The notes under the pieces were generated by a model. The model was not told the DNA's origin and did not search any database. It saw only the letters and a program-made list of their open reading frames with translations. A DNA stretch of 63,474 bases, the filler included, from Octopus bimaculoides (Eukaryota), in NCBI RefSeq assembly GCF_001194135.2. It is 6 parts of 6 records of this genome, joined end to end, with 100 filler letters (N's around TTAATTAATTAA, not from the genome) between each part and the next. Parts side by side here need not be neighbours in the genome. Positions count along the whole stretch, not along the records: positions 13,858 to 27,266 come from NC_068997.1; positions 27,367 to 36,612 come from NC_069003.1; positions 36,713 to 43,007 come from NC_068992.1; 3 more parts are not named here. One strand, given 5' to 3'. The position numbers and the translations under genes are program-made. Every line of letters starts with the position of its first letter. Positions within the stretch are counted from its first letter, which is position 1. Shown here one piece after another: positions 24,648 through 36,990 of this stretch.

Positions 24648-27244
24648 GATATAAACTCCCTGAATAGTGTAGTTTCAATACTTGTCAGGAAAAGAAAAGG
24701 AGAACTGAAGAATGATCGCAAATTTCAAAAAGTGAGGAAGAAGTATGGTGTAGATACAAAAGGTATGAATGTTGTAATTGAAGAACTGAAGCAGCGCATA
24801 CGTGCCAAAAAAGCAAAGCTAACTAGGTTTGAGCAACGGATTAAACAATACTGGCAAAACGAATTGTTTAGAATCGACCAAGAAAGAAATTAATGATGAT
24901 ACAGAGTGTGAAAGAGTAGTTCCTGACGCTGACGAAAGTCGACAGTTGTGAGGTAAGATATGGAGCAAGCAAGAATAACATAATAGTGCAGCTGAATGAC
25001 TCTGCAGTCTGAAGCAAACCGCTACCTAACCCCCAGCAAGAGGCTATTCACTTCACAGAAGACAGTATCAGAAATTTGAGTAAAAAGATAAACAACTGGA
25101 AAGCAGCAGGACCTGATGGTGTACAGGTATTTTGATGCCACAAATTGGTCGCAGAGCAATTTAATGCATTGATCGATGGAGAAGAAATCCCGGGTTGGTT
25201 GACGGAAGGACGAAGTGTTATGTCTGAAAGATGCATCAAAAAGAAATGTTGCCGACAATTACATGCCAATTTCTTGCTTCCCATTTATGTGAAAGTTACT
25301 GTCAGGAGGAAATGCAGAAGAACTGTACAAATTCTTTTGATGAGAACGATATGTTACCGACGGAACAAAAAGGTTGTAGGCGGAGATGCAGAGGTACCAA
25401 AGACCAATTATTGATAGATAAAATGGTAATGCAAGATTGTAAACGAAGGAGAACAAATTTGGGGATGGCCTGGGTTGACTATCGCAAAGCTTACGATGAT
25501 TCCACATTTGTGGATCATTGAGTGCTTAGATCTGTTTGGAACTGTGAGGAATGTAACGTGTTTTCTGAAGGGAAGTATGGTGGGGTGGAAAACTGAACTA
25601 ACATCTTACTGGAAAAGCTTGGGCTCCCTGGGCATCAGAAGAGGGATTTTCCAAGGTGATAGCTTATCTCCGTTGCTTTTTGCTTTCTGCATGATCCCTC
25701 TGACCTTGGTACTTAGGAAAAGGAATTTAGGATATCAACTAAAGGGAAAATCTCAAACAATCAACTACCTCCCTTCCATGGATGATTTGCAGTTGCATGA
25801 CAAGGATGAGGCATAAGTGAGGTTTTTGGTGAACACGGTCCACTGTTTTAGTGCTGATATCGGAATGGAATTTGGACTCAAGAAGTGTAGTACAATGTAC
25901 CTGAAAAGAGGCAAGGTACATTCCCTAGCAGGGATAGAACCTAGTAGATTACCTAATAGAGAACTGATTATATAAATTGAAAAGGAAAGCTACAAATACT
26001 TTGGCATACTAGTATTCAACGAAATCATAGAGAAGGAAATTAAAAAAAACAACTGAGGATGGAATATTTCCGAAGACTAAGATTGGTGTTGCGCTCAAAA
26101 TTGGCCGGATGGAATGAAATCCAAGCAGTTAATATATGGATGATAGCATGGAATTATAAACTGGAGCTGGAATAATAAACTGGCATAAGAAAGAACTGAT
26201 GAATATGGATACGAAGACAAGAAAAATGTTGACAGAACACGGAGCCTTCTACCCTAACAGTGACACCGATAGGCAGCACTTGTCCAGAGGAAAGGGTGGA
26301 AGAGGTCTGATCAATTGCTAGGATGGTATGTAAAAAATACCGTGGAACCATTGTTGAAACATGTGAAGAAGTTTGGCGTCATTAAAACTGATAATTGTGT
26401 AAAGAAAGAAAACCCTTAGAGGAAAACAACACAATAAAAGAAACAGCATGGAAGAAGAAAAAATGTGCGGCCAGTTTGCAAGAGATACGAACGCGAAGAC
26501 AAATAGAAAAGACCGGTGGATATGGATGAGGAGGAATGACCTTAAGATAGAGACAGAAGCACTTATATACACATCACAAGAACAAGCGTTAAAGACTAAG
26601 TATGTGAAGCGCAGAATCGACAACACTACCGACAGCGACAAATGCAGAATGTGTGGTGCGAATGCCCGAAATTGGCATAACACGAATACAAAAGATGACA
26701 TGACAATGTGGCAAGAATGATCCATTGGAAGCTCTGTGAAAATCACAGCCTACAGAAAGTAAAGACGTGGTAAGAGAAAACCCCAGAAGGAGTCACCGAG
26801 AATGAGAACTGTAAAATCCTGTGGGATGCAATGATTCAGTGCGATCACCTGAGCAGACATCAGAAACCGGACATTGTTGTAGTGAATAAAAAGGAAAGAA
26901 CATAGCCTGTCCCAGTGACAACAGGATCAAAGAGAAAGAAGAAAAACTGAACAACTACGACGATTTTAAGCGGGAAATATGAAGTTTGTGGTCAATGAGG
27001 AAAGTAGACGTGATACCGATAGTAATTCAGGTACTTGGAAGTATCAGCACTCAACTACTAACATGGCTCAAAAAGATTGATACAAATGTAAAGGAAGAAC
27101 ACCTACAAAAATCAGCATTGCTTGGAACTGCAAAATTTCTTCGCAGGTTTCTTGAAGCATGACCAGTAAACAAGTGTCACCTTAATCTGCTGGCTGTGGA
27201 CAGCTGACACTTTCCATCATATATAAACTGAGAGTTTTCATCAA
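24648..27244 (+). mobile_element. 5'-truncated RLE-type non-LTR retrotransposon (R4/Dong-like), decayed
   Basis: RT motifs [41 protein letters not shown] and SMDDL; CRMC zinc knuckle; KPDIVVV RLE motif at ~26864; ORF end LLGTAKFLRRFLEA* at 27162; 3' (TAA)n. Confidence 0.9.
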
Positions 27245-27310
27245 ATAATAATAATAATAATAATAANNNNNNNNNNNNNNNNNNNNNNNNNNNNNNNNNN
27301 NNNNNNNNNN

Positions 27311-27322
27311 TTAATTAATTAA
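27311..27322. other. Artificial scaffold linker TTAATTAATTAA
   Basis: N44-linker-N44. Confidence 0.97.
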
Positions 27323-27619
27323 NNNNNNNNNNNNNNNNNNNNNNNNNNNNNNNNNNNNNNNNNNNNGAGGTTCCGCTAGCTATGAAACATATGTAGTCTG
27401 GATTTTATCTTCTCCATTCCCTAATTTTAAGATGTTTATTCGCATATACAACAACTCCTGTTTACTAACCGTGAACTATAATATCAACTTTTTTTCATCT
27501 TATCGTACTTCGATGCTTCTGCGTCAACAAACGGATATGGTTCCTGAATATGTTTTTTTTATATATCTTCTACGGATTGCATGAAATTCTCTTACTTCCT
27601 ACAACTTGATCCTCGAATC

Positions 27620-27765
27620 GTTTGTTGTTGGCACTCCATCGCTTACGACGACGAGGGTTCCAGTTGATCCGAACAACGGAACAGCCTGCTCGTGAAATTA
27701 ACGTGCAAGTGGCTGAGCACTCCACAGACACGTGTACCGTTAACGTAGTTCTCGTGGATATTCAG
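27620..27765 (-). mobile_element. SINE tail X fragment (family C/C')
   Basis: Reverse complement of ...gtgctcagccacttgcacgttaatttcacgagcaggctgttcc...ggagtgccaacaac. Confidence 0.88.
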
Positions 27766-27869
27766 CCCTTTGACTTACAGGCACAACATAAACATTCATA
27801 CGTACATACGTACATAGATCCATCCATCCATCCATACATACATACATACATACATACATACATACATTC

Positions 27870-28128
27870 CCGATGGTGCGTTGTGGCCTGGAGCAAGACA
27901 CTTTATTTCACGTTGGCTCCGTCCATTTAACTGGCGAAAATGAGTTGTACCTGTAATTCAAAGGACCAGCTTTGTCATAATCTATGCCACGCTGTATCTC
28001 CCTGAGAACAACGTTAGGGGAAGGCGTGTCTGTGGAGTGCTCAGCCACTCACACGTTAATCTTACGAACAGGCTGTTCCATTGATCGGATCAGCTGGAAC
28101 CCTCGTCCTCGTAACCGATGGACTACCA
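27870..28128 (+). mobile_element. SINE family C' lacking head
   Basis: gagcaagacactttatttcacgtt body plus tail X, as in 42296-42618. Confidence 0.8.
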
Positions 28129-28299
28129 GTTTATGTATGTGTGTGTATGTATATANNNNNNNNNNNNNNNNNNNNNNNNNNNNNNNNNNNNNNNNNNNNN
28201 NNNNNNNNNNNNNNNNNNNNNNNNNNNNNNNNNNNNNNNNNNNNNNNNNNNNNNNTATATATGTATGCATGTATGTATATACGTATGTATGTCATGCTT

Positions 28300-28485
28300 A
28301 CCCCCTCACCACCACCACTGCTTGAGAAACGCTGTTGTTTTGCTTATGTCTGCCATTATCCTGTAGTTTCGGCAAACAAGACTGACAGAATAAGTACCAA
28401 CTAGGATCGATTCATTCGACCAAATTCCTCAAGGCGGTGCCCCAGCATGGCCGCAATTTGGTGACTGAAACATGTTAAAAAGTAA
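28300..28485 (+). mobile_element. SINE family A, 3' part
   Basis: ttcggcaaacaagactgacagaataagtacc...gcggtgccccagcatggccgca. Confidence 0.75.
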
Positions 28486-28504
28486 AAACATAGAAGATAT
28501 ATAT

Positions 28505-28735
28505 ATATGTATTACGTCGGTTTCAGATTTTGACACAAGGTTGACCATTGTAGAGAAAGGTGTAAGTCGATTACATCAACGCCAGTACGCAACTGGTACT
28601 TATTTTATCGAATCCGAAAGGATAAAAGACAAAGTTGGTCACGGCGGAATTTGAACTCAGAACATAAAGTTGAACGAAATGCCGCTAAGCGTTTTGTCCG
28701 GCGAGCTACCGATTCTGCCAACTCGCCGCCTTACG
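28505..28735 (-). mobile_element. SINE family B
   Basis: actggtacttattttatcga...gcggaatttgaactcagaac...gattctgccaactcgccgcc, the reverse complement of the 40145 copy. Confidence 0.85.
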
Positions 28736-28879
28736 TAGATATTATATTAATATTAGATTTCTTAAATGACAACAAAAAACAAAGTCATTTACTGATGAAA
28801 TGATTCAATTAGATTTAATTTTATATAAAGGTATTTAATTTCCCGTCTCCAGGCCGCCTCAGACATACACACACACATA

Positions 28880-29017
28880 AACAGATAGACAGACCAACCG
28901 GCCGACAGAAAGACAAACAGACAGATAGATAGGTAGGTAGATAGATAGATATACAGATAGATAGCCAGGTAGATAGGTAGGCGGGTAGGTAGGAAGGTAG
29001 GTAGGTAATTAGGTAGG

Positions 29018-29060
<43 letters not shown>

Positions 29061-29121
29061 GTAGGTAGGTGGTTACGTAGGTAGGTAGGTAGGTAGGTAG
29101 GTAGGTAGGTAGGTAGGTATA

Positions 29122-29183
<62 letters not shown>

Positions 29184-29380
29184 GGTAGGTAGGTAGGTAG
29201 GTAGGTAGGTAGGTAGATAGATAGACAGACATATAGACAGAAATAGAGAGACAGACGTAGAGATAGACAAATCTATAGGTAGACAGACACAGACAAACTG
29301 ACTGATGGATCGACAGAGACATACACACGGACAGACAGACAGACAGACAGATAAATATAGATGTAGGTAGGTAAACAGGT
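28880..29380. repeat. Compound (TAGA)/(TAGG)/(CAGA) tetranucleotide array
   Basis: Directly visible. Confidence 0.95.
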
Positions 29381-30029
29381 AACATACAGACATACACACA
29401 CCATTTATGAAATATTTCAAAACAGTCGCGCCAGCTTTCCTAATTTACTCCTTCATAGATGCAATAATACTTCGGATTATAAGGCAATTTTAAGGGGAGG
29501 GGCAAATCGATTGCACCGACCATTATTACTTGACAGATACGCATTTTATCAATATCGAAAGGACGAAAGGCTAAGTCGACAGTATATGTACAAGTTATAC
29601 GTACATTATAAGTACATGTTCCAAAAGAGACATCACATCTACAAGTTATAAAGATATTTCGCGGTTTACCAAGAAATCAGGGTGGATGAGAAATTGGTGG
29701 CGGATGGGGGAGTGATTTAAAGGTCGCTTAGATACAGTGCATAAATATGTGATTGAGTGCTGCTTAGACCGGAACAGTATGGCACCCACTGATTTTGTGT
29801 TACCCGCAGTATGTGTGACAACATGCCGTCGCATCTCGACCGTCGCAGCCCCGACCCTAACATTGCTTTGCGTTAGTATTCCCAAAACACTCGGACCATA
29901 TGGACATGCTCTCGTCGAGGGTCACCTACCTTTCAATAAATTTACTAGTGGGGCAGCACCTACCTGTTCGTTTAACTGTAACCGCCTTGTTCAATGAGAT
30001 AAAATGAAGTTAGGACCTTCATACATACA

Positions 30030-30116
<87 letters not shown>

Positions 30117-30150
30117 ATGCAAGTATATATATAATATAAATATATAGATG

Positions 30151-30182
<32 letters not shown>

Positions 30183-30223
30183 TATATACATACATACATA
30201 CATATATATATAATTATGTATGC

Positions 30224-30256
<33 letters not shown>

Positions 30257-30515
30257 TGTTTTCGGTTTTTAGCTAAATGTTTGCATTACGATAGTTTCGA
30301 CATCTGGTCGTCTTTGGGCGCGGTTTAAATGGATATAATTTTAAAACATATCAAAGTGTGCACTCAACTTTTTGTATTGAGTACTACAGATGAAAGAAAT
30401 TCATTTCGATCGTGCCAACTTTAGTAAAATCAATACATGAAATATCATACAATACAATATAATATAATAAAATATAACCTAATATGATATAATATAAATA
30501 TAATACAATATAATA

Positions 30516-30560
<45 letters not shown>

Positions 30561-30574
30561 GAGGTTTTACTTAC

Positions 30575-31271
30575 CGGGGCTCTCGCCGTTCATAGCACTG
30601 TCGGGGTTACTAAAAACAGGACTGCTGGAATNNNNNNNNNNNNNNNNNNNNNNNNNNNNNNNNNNNNNNNNNNNNNNNNNNNNNNNNNNNNNNNNNNNNN
30701 NNNNNNNNNNNNNNNNNNNNNNNNNNNNNNNNNNNNNNNNNNNNNNNNNNNNNNNNNNNNNNNNNNNNNNNNNNNNNNNNNNNNNNNNNNNNNNNNNNNN
30801 NNNNNNNNNNNNNNNNNNNNNNNNNNNNNNNNNNNNNNNNNNNNNNNNNNNNNNNNNNNNNNNNNNNNNNNNNNNNNNNNNNNNNNNNNNNNNNNNNNNN
30901 NNNNNNNNNNNNNNNNNNNNNNNNNNNNNNNNNNNNNNNNNNNNNNNNNNNNNNNNNNNNNNNNNNNNNNNNNNNNNNNNNNNNNNNNNNNNNNNNNNNN
31001 NNNNNNNNNNNNNNNNNNNNNNNNNNNNNNNNNNNNNNNNNNNNNNNNNNNNNNNNNNNNNNNNNNNNNNNNNNNNNNNNNNNNNNNNNNNNNNNNNNNN
31101 NNNNNNTTGTTGCTGTTGCTGTTGTTGTTGTTGTTGTTGCTGTTGTTGTGACTGAGGGACGCCCGCCGATGTTCCTCCGCTCAACGACGTCGCAACGGGA
31201 CTAATGCCCACACTCGCAACTGTGGAAATCTCCGACACTCTCGGACGTTCTTCGTCCGACGACGTACTCAT
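30575..31271 (-). CDS. Coding exon of an unidentified poly-Gln/low-complexity protein (probably first coding exon; interior hidden by a 475-N gap)
   Basis: MSTSSDEERPRVSEISTVASVGISPVATSLSGGTSAGVPQSQQQQ...[gap]...SSSPVFSNPDSAMNGESPG. GC-elevated. It ends at CCCCG|GTAAGT (phase 1 donor at 30574). This is the only frame open to the donor, and it is continuous across the estimated gap. Confidence 0.75.
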
Positions 31272-31360
31272 ACTTCTCACTTCTGAACTGTTTGTTGTTT
31301 TATTGTTGTTGCTGCGGTCGCCGCTGTCGCTGTTGTTGTTGTTACTGTTGCTACACTTTC

Positions 31361-31394
<34 letters not shown>

Positions 31395-32255
31395 GCTGTT
31401 GTTGTTCTTGTTCTTGTTGCTAATCCATGTTATTCCTGTAGAGTTCGTGCTTGAAATAGTTACTCCTTATTTCTCATGTATATTTTTTGGGGCATTAAAA
31501 AATATTGTTTGTTACTATAGTAATTTTCTCTTCCTCTCTCGTTGTTCTGGTTGTTGTTGGTGTTGCCTTACTTTGTTGATGTTTCGTATTTTTCTTCTTA
31601 CTATTATTGTTGTGAAGGTAGTAGTAGTAGTAGTACTAGTGGTGGTGGTGGTGGTGGTGGTGGTGGTGGTTGTTGCTGATACAGTAGCTGGTGTTTTGAA
31701 GAAGGAAGGTGGATAAGATGAAACGTGATGCGATGTGTGATGGATGACTGATACTGTTGCCGATCCGTNNNNNNNNNNNNNNNNNNNNNNNNNNNNNNNN
31801 NNNNNNNNNNNNNNNNNNNNNNNNNNNNNNNNNNNNNNNNNNNNNNNNNNNNNNNNNNNNNNNNNNNNNNNNNNNNNNNNNNNNNNNNNNNNNNNNNNNN
31901 NNNNNNNNNNNNNNNNNNNNNNNNNNNNNNNNNNNNNNNNNNNNNNNNNNNNNNNNNNNNNNNNNNNNNNNNNNNNNNNNNNNNNNNNNNNNNNNNNNNN
32001 NNNNNNNNNNNNNNNNNNNNNNNNNNNNNNNNNNNNNNNNNNNNNNNNNNNNNNNNNNNNNNNNNNNNNNNNNNNNNNNNNNNNNNNNNNNNNNNNNNNN
32101 NNNNNNNNNNNNNNNNNNNNNNATGATGATGACGATGATGACGATGATGATGATGAAGATGATGATGACGATGATGATGATGATGATAGTGATGATGATG
32201 ACGGTGGCAACTACAAAAGTGCTTTATAACAGGAATTCGCTAGATCGAAAGTGAG

Positions 32256-32294
<39 letters not shown>

Positions 32295-32569
32295 CTATAT
32301 TATATTAATAGTGTTATTTTTTTTCTCTCTCGGTGTAAATTTATATGTATATATATGTTATACACCATACATCTATAGATCCATGTTTAAAAATATATTT
32401 TGTTTATGTACATAAACAGGCATACACTCACATGCACGTTTCTATATATATATATATACATACATGTGTTTATATATATATATATTCTGTCACAGAATTC
32501 ATAAGCGTAGTCTCCATTCCTCGATATGTATATACAAGAATCAATACATCCATTTGTATTTTGTTGTTT

Positions 32570-32600
<31 letters not shown>

Positions 32601-33975
32601 ATGTATAATCATAAGGTGCGTACATCCATATTGTATATATTACAATTATATCCGTACATACAATAGATCATATGTGAATAATTACAATACCATGTACATG
32701 CTCTCCAGGACGTCAATTCTATATCTGTATACGTGTGTATATACTTATGTGTGTGTACGTGAGTGCGCGTATGTTGAATCGAACGTAATACGTGTATATA
32801 TTTTCATGGTTTTATACATTCATAATTATAACTGCCCGTAAATATAAACGTATATATGTAGTATAAGTATATGTATATATATATATATATATAAATATAT
32901 GAGTGTGTGAGTATGTTTATATGTAAGGTATGTATATTATTACACACTAATTAAAGCTTCATATAGTTACAAATTCAGTCTTATATTGAAACATTTGTAG
33001 ATATATCCATGCGCGTATATACGTATATATGTGTATATACATGTATATATAAATGTGAAAATACACTCTAGTACGTACATTCATACATTCATTCATTCAT
33101 ACATCTGTACTTTAAAAAAAAATCTACATACAGTTACATAAATAGATGTGTATATACATATATATATAATGTATGTTTGTATCAAATCTTTCCCTTGCGT
33201 CTGTGTAACATTCGGTTTAAACGGTTTTTCTTTCTTTTTTTTTCTTCGTAAAAGAAAGAAAAGAAAAGAAAAGAAAAGAAAAGAAAAGAAAATAAAAGAG
33301 AGTAACTGTTAAAGAGATGAGGAGGGGTGGGAGGAAAGAGTAACAGTCTGATAGAGGAGGGGAGGAAAGGTAACAGTCCCGATCGAAGTGGGGGGAGGAA
33401 AGGGTAACTATAGTCCGAGAGAAGCGGGGAGGGGATACGAAGGGTTGACAGTCCAACAGAAGCGGGGGGCGGAGAAGGGGAGTAATGGAAGTTATGAGAG
33501 TGAAGGGAGGAGGTGATTAAGAAACGAGAAAAGCCGAAAAGAGGCGGAGGAATTATACATGGCTACGTGTATGAAATGAGTGTGTGCGTATGTATTTGTG
33601 TATGCGTGTGTGTGAGAAAGAGAGAGAGAGAGACAGAGAGTGAGAGTGTATATAAGCATGTACGTACGTACGTATGTATGTATTTTTGTATGTATGTATA
33701 ATACGTACTATATTATACATGCATAATAATTATTCGGCCATTTAATTATGCAGAAGTTGTTTGTTGGTGTATGTGTGTCTTTGTATTGTGTCTGTGTGTG
33801 CTTGTGTATATGTGTGTGTGCACGCGTGTGTGTAATGTGTGTGCACCTATGGACGTATATCAGGCAGCGGTGTGTGTGTGTGTAGTAATTAATATTTATG
33901 TATATGTTTAATTATACATGCATAATTATCTGTTTGTTTATACCTACGTGGTGTGCACGCAAGCGCACGCACTCA

Positions 33976-34007
<32 letters not shown>

Positions 34008-34124
34008 TGTGCGGCTCGACGTTTCTGCATGTGCGTTCGTGTGTATGTGTGTGTGTATGTGTGCCGGTAGCGACAGACAGCGCTCACTTAACTCTGTGTG
34101 TATGTATATGTGGTTTGTTTGTGC

Positions 34125-34176
<52 letters not shown>

Positions 34177-34384
34177 TTTTATTCTTTTATTCTTTTATAC
34201 GCTTCAGCCCTAAAGCTGGGGCCATGCTGCAGCACCGGCAGTGATGTACGTTCACATATTACGTTATGTGTATGCGTGAGTGCTTGTGTGTGTGTGTGTG
34301 CGTGTGGTATAGGTTTGTGTGTTTAACATCACGTGTACGGTATAGCAATGATTGCGTATCTCGGTCAATGGATTATGGCCCAGT

Positions 34385-34629
34385 ACGTATGTATGTATGC
34401 ATGTATGTATGTATCTATGTATGTATCTATGTATGTATGTACGTACGTCGCTATGTGTATATGTATGTATGAATGTATGTATGTATGTATGTATATATGT
34501 ATGTATGTATGCATGCATGTATGTATGTAAATACGTATGTATGTATGTATGCATGTATGTAAACATGTATGTATGTATATATGTATATATGTATATGTAT
34601 GTATATATGTATGTATTTATATTTATGTA

Positions 34630-34660
<31 letters not shown>

Positions 34661-34756
34661 ATGTGTGTATGTATGTATATATATGTATGTATGTATAAAT
34701 GTATGTATGTATACATATGTATGTATAATATATGTATGTATGTATATATGTACGTA

Positions 34757-34792
<36 letters not shown>

Positions 34793-34812
34793 TGTATGTA
34801 TGCATGTATGTA
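34385..34812. repeat. (TATG)n/(TA)n compound microsatellite
   Basis: Directly visible. Confidence 0.95.
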
Positions 34813-34983
34813 TCAGGGGGTGTATATTCCGGGTGTGCTAGGTGTGCGCTGCACACAAATCGAAAATGTCAAATTCATTATAAATATTTATCTTACTCAT
34901 TTATTTAATCATAAATCTTAATGGAAAACTTTCGTTATGCCCCTGTGGCCGCACAACCAGGACAACAACCACCGTACGTCACC

Positions 34984-35288
34984 GGAGGCACATGGCCTAG
35001 TGGTTAGAACAGCGGACTCGCTGTTGAGGGATCGCGAGTTCGAATCTGAGACCGGGCGATGTGTGTGTTTACGAGCGAAAACACCTCAGATCCACGCGGC
35101 TCCGGCAGAAAGTAATGGCGAACTTCTTTCTGCTGACTCGTTTGCCACAACTTTCTCTCACTCTTTCCTCCTGCATCTAGCTGCTCACCTGAGACGGACC
35201 GGTGTCCCGTCAAGGTGTGGAACCTATGCGCCAATGAAACCGGGAAACCGGCCGTTGTGAGCCAGACATGGTTCGGGAAGGAACAAAC
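34984..35288 (+). mobile_element. SINE family D (family C head and body, different tail Y)
   Basis: A box tggcctagtgg, B box gttcgaatc; body gcgaaaacacct...caactttctctcactc shared with 44992; tail aaaccgggaaaccggcc...ggaaggaacaaac differs. Confidence 0.8.
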
Positions 35289-35394
35289 ATCATATACGTC
35301 ACTGGTGTGATGTATGTGTGTATGCGCGTAAGTGTGTGCGTAAGCTTAATATTTGAGGGTATGTAGCATGTATGTGTAAGAGTGTGTGTATAAA

Positions 35395-35936
35395 GCGTGG
35401 CTGTGTGGTAAGCAGCTTGCTTTCCAACCACATGGTTCTGGGTTCAGTCCCACTGCGTGGCACCTTGGGCAAATGTCTTTTAACTATAGCCTCGGGCCGA
35501 CCAAAGCCTTGTGAGTGGATATGATTGACGGAAAATGAAAGAAGCCCGTCGTATATGTACATATGTGTGTGTGTGTGTGTGTGTGTGTGTATTTAATTGT
35601 GTGTATATGTATGTATGTATTTATTTATGTGTGTGCGTGTGTATGTATGTATGTGTGTTTGTGCGTATGTATGTATGTATGTATATGTGTGTGTGTATGT
35701 ATGTACGTATGTGTGTCTTTGTGTCTGTGTTTGTACCCCTGCACCAACGCTTGACAACCAGTGTTGGTGTGTATACGTCCCTGTAACTTAGCGGTTCGGC
35801 AAAGTAGACCGTTAAAATAAATACTAGGCTTACAAAGAATAAGTTCTGGAGTCGATTTCTTCGACTAAAACTCTTTAAAGCAGTGCTCCAGCATGGCCGT
35901 AATCTAATAACTGAAACGTGTAAAAGAATAAAAGAA
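35395..35936 (+). mobile_element. SINE family A, full length with expanded internal microsatellite
   Basis: Head gcgtggctgtgtggtaag...gggttcagtccc, body caccttgggcaa, (TG/TATG)n spacer, tail gcatggccg...aaaagaataaaagaa. Confidence 0.92.
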
Positions 35937-35964
35937 TGCGTGTGTGTGTGTGTGTGTGTGTGTC

Positions 35965-36175
35965 ATTTATCTTTTGTTTTAGTCATTAGACTGCGACCAT
36001 ACTGGAGCACCGCCTTGAGGTATTTTAGTCGAACTAATAGACCCCAGTACTTATATTGTCAAGCATTGGTGGGGGACAAACGCAGACACAAAGACACACA
36101 CAGACACATAGATACGACAGGATTCTTTCAGTTTCCATCTACCAAACCCACTCACAACGCTTTAGACGATCCAAG
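35965..36175 (-). mobile_element. SINE family A, internally deleted copy, inverted next to 35395-35936
   Basis: cattagactgcgaccatactggagcaccgcc...tacgacaggattctttcagtttcc. Confidence 0.75.
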
Positions 36176-36237
36176 CCTACGTGTGTGTGTATTTAGTAAA
36201 CAAACCACCGCCAACGCTACGATCGTCTCTATGTGCA

Positions 36238-36238
36238 C

Positions 36239-36305
<67 letters not shown>

Positions 36306-36385
36306 GACATCATCATCATCATCATCACCATCATCCTCATCGTCATCATCACCATCGTCATCATCATCATCGTCATCATCATCAT
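36238..36385. repeat. (CAT)n microsatellite
   Basis: Directly visible. Confidence 0.95.
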
Positions 36386-36656
36386 TTTCATTTATGTCAT
36401 GAGCTGCCAAGACTGTTCCAGCTTTGGACAAAATGCTTGACAACACTTCTGACTATTTCTCCGCTGAGTTCAAATTCCGTCGAAGTCGTCTTAGTCTTTC
36501 ATAATTTCGTGGGTAGCTAGAATATAATACAAATCAAATATATTTGTAAACGTTAATTCCATTATTGTTTTGTTTTGTTCGCTTAAAGACACAACATATA
36601 TATATATATATANNNNNNNNNNNNNNNNNNNNNNNNNNNNNNNNNNNNNNNNNNNN

Positions 36657-36668
36657 TTAATTAATTAA
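36657..36668. other. Artificial scaffold linker TTAATTAATTAA
   Basis: N44-linker-N44. Confidence 0.97.
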
Positions 36669-36719
36669 NNNNNNNNNNNNNNNNNNNNNNNNNNNNNNNN
36701 NNNNNNNNNNNNTATATAT

Positions 36720-36990
36720 ATGTAGTGAGTTCAAACAAGAAAAACGACAAAAAAAAAACAACAACGTGAGGACATGATACAGATATTGTGTTACTGGACG
36801 CTTAGGAAAGGAAAGATTTGATGTTTCGAGCGGAGCTCTTCGTCGAAAATATAGGAAAGTTCAAAGAAGGGAAGACGGAGGAAGAAAAAATCGCCAACGA
36901 TATACACGAGGTTACATTGTGGAATGACCGGAAGGGAAAGGGTGAAGAAAAAGTTCTTTCTAAGACAGGAGAGTGCAAGAGAGTGAGGTT
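36720..36990 (-). mobile_element. Probable Penelope-like terminal-repeat remnant with a decayed minimal hammerhead
   Basis: Minus strand reads atttTCGACGA-agagc tcc gctc-GAAAC-ATC-aaat at 36850-36817. Confidence 0.45.

Noticed and set aside
29640-29997. Overlapping 79-aa and 86-aa ORFs, with two minus-strand GTAGGT donor-like sites
   Set aside because: No recognisable protein and no matching acceptor or open frame leading to the donors.
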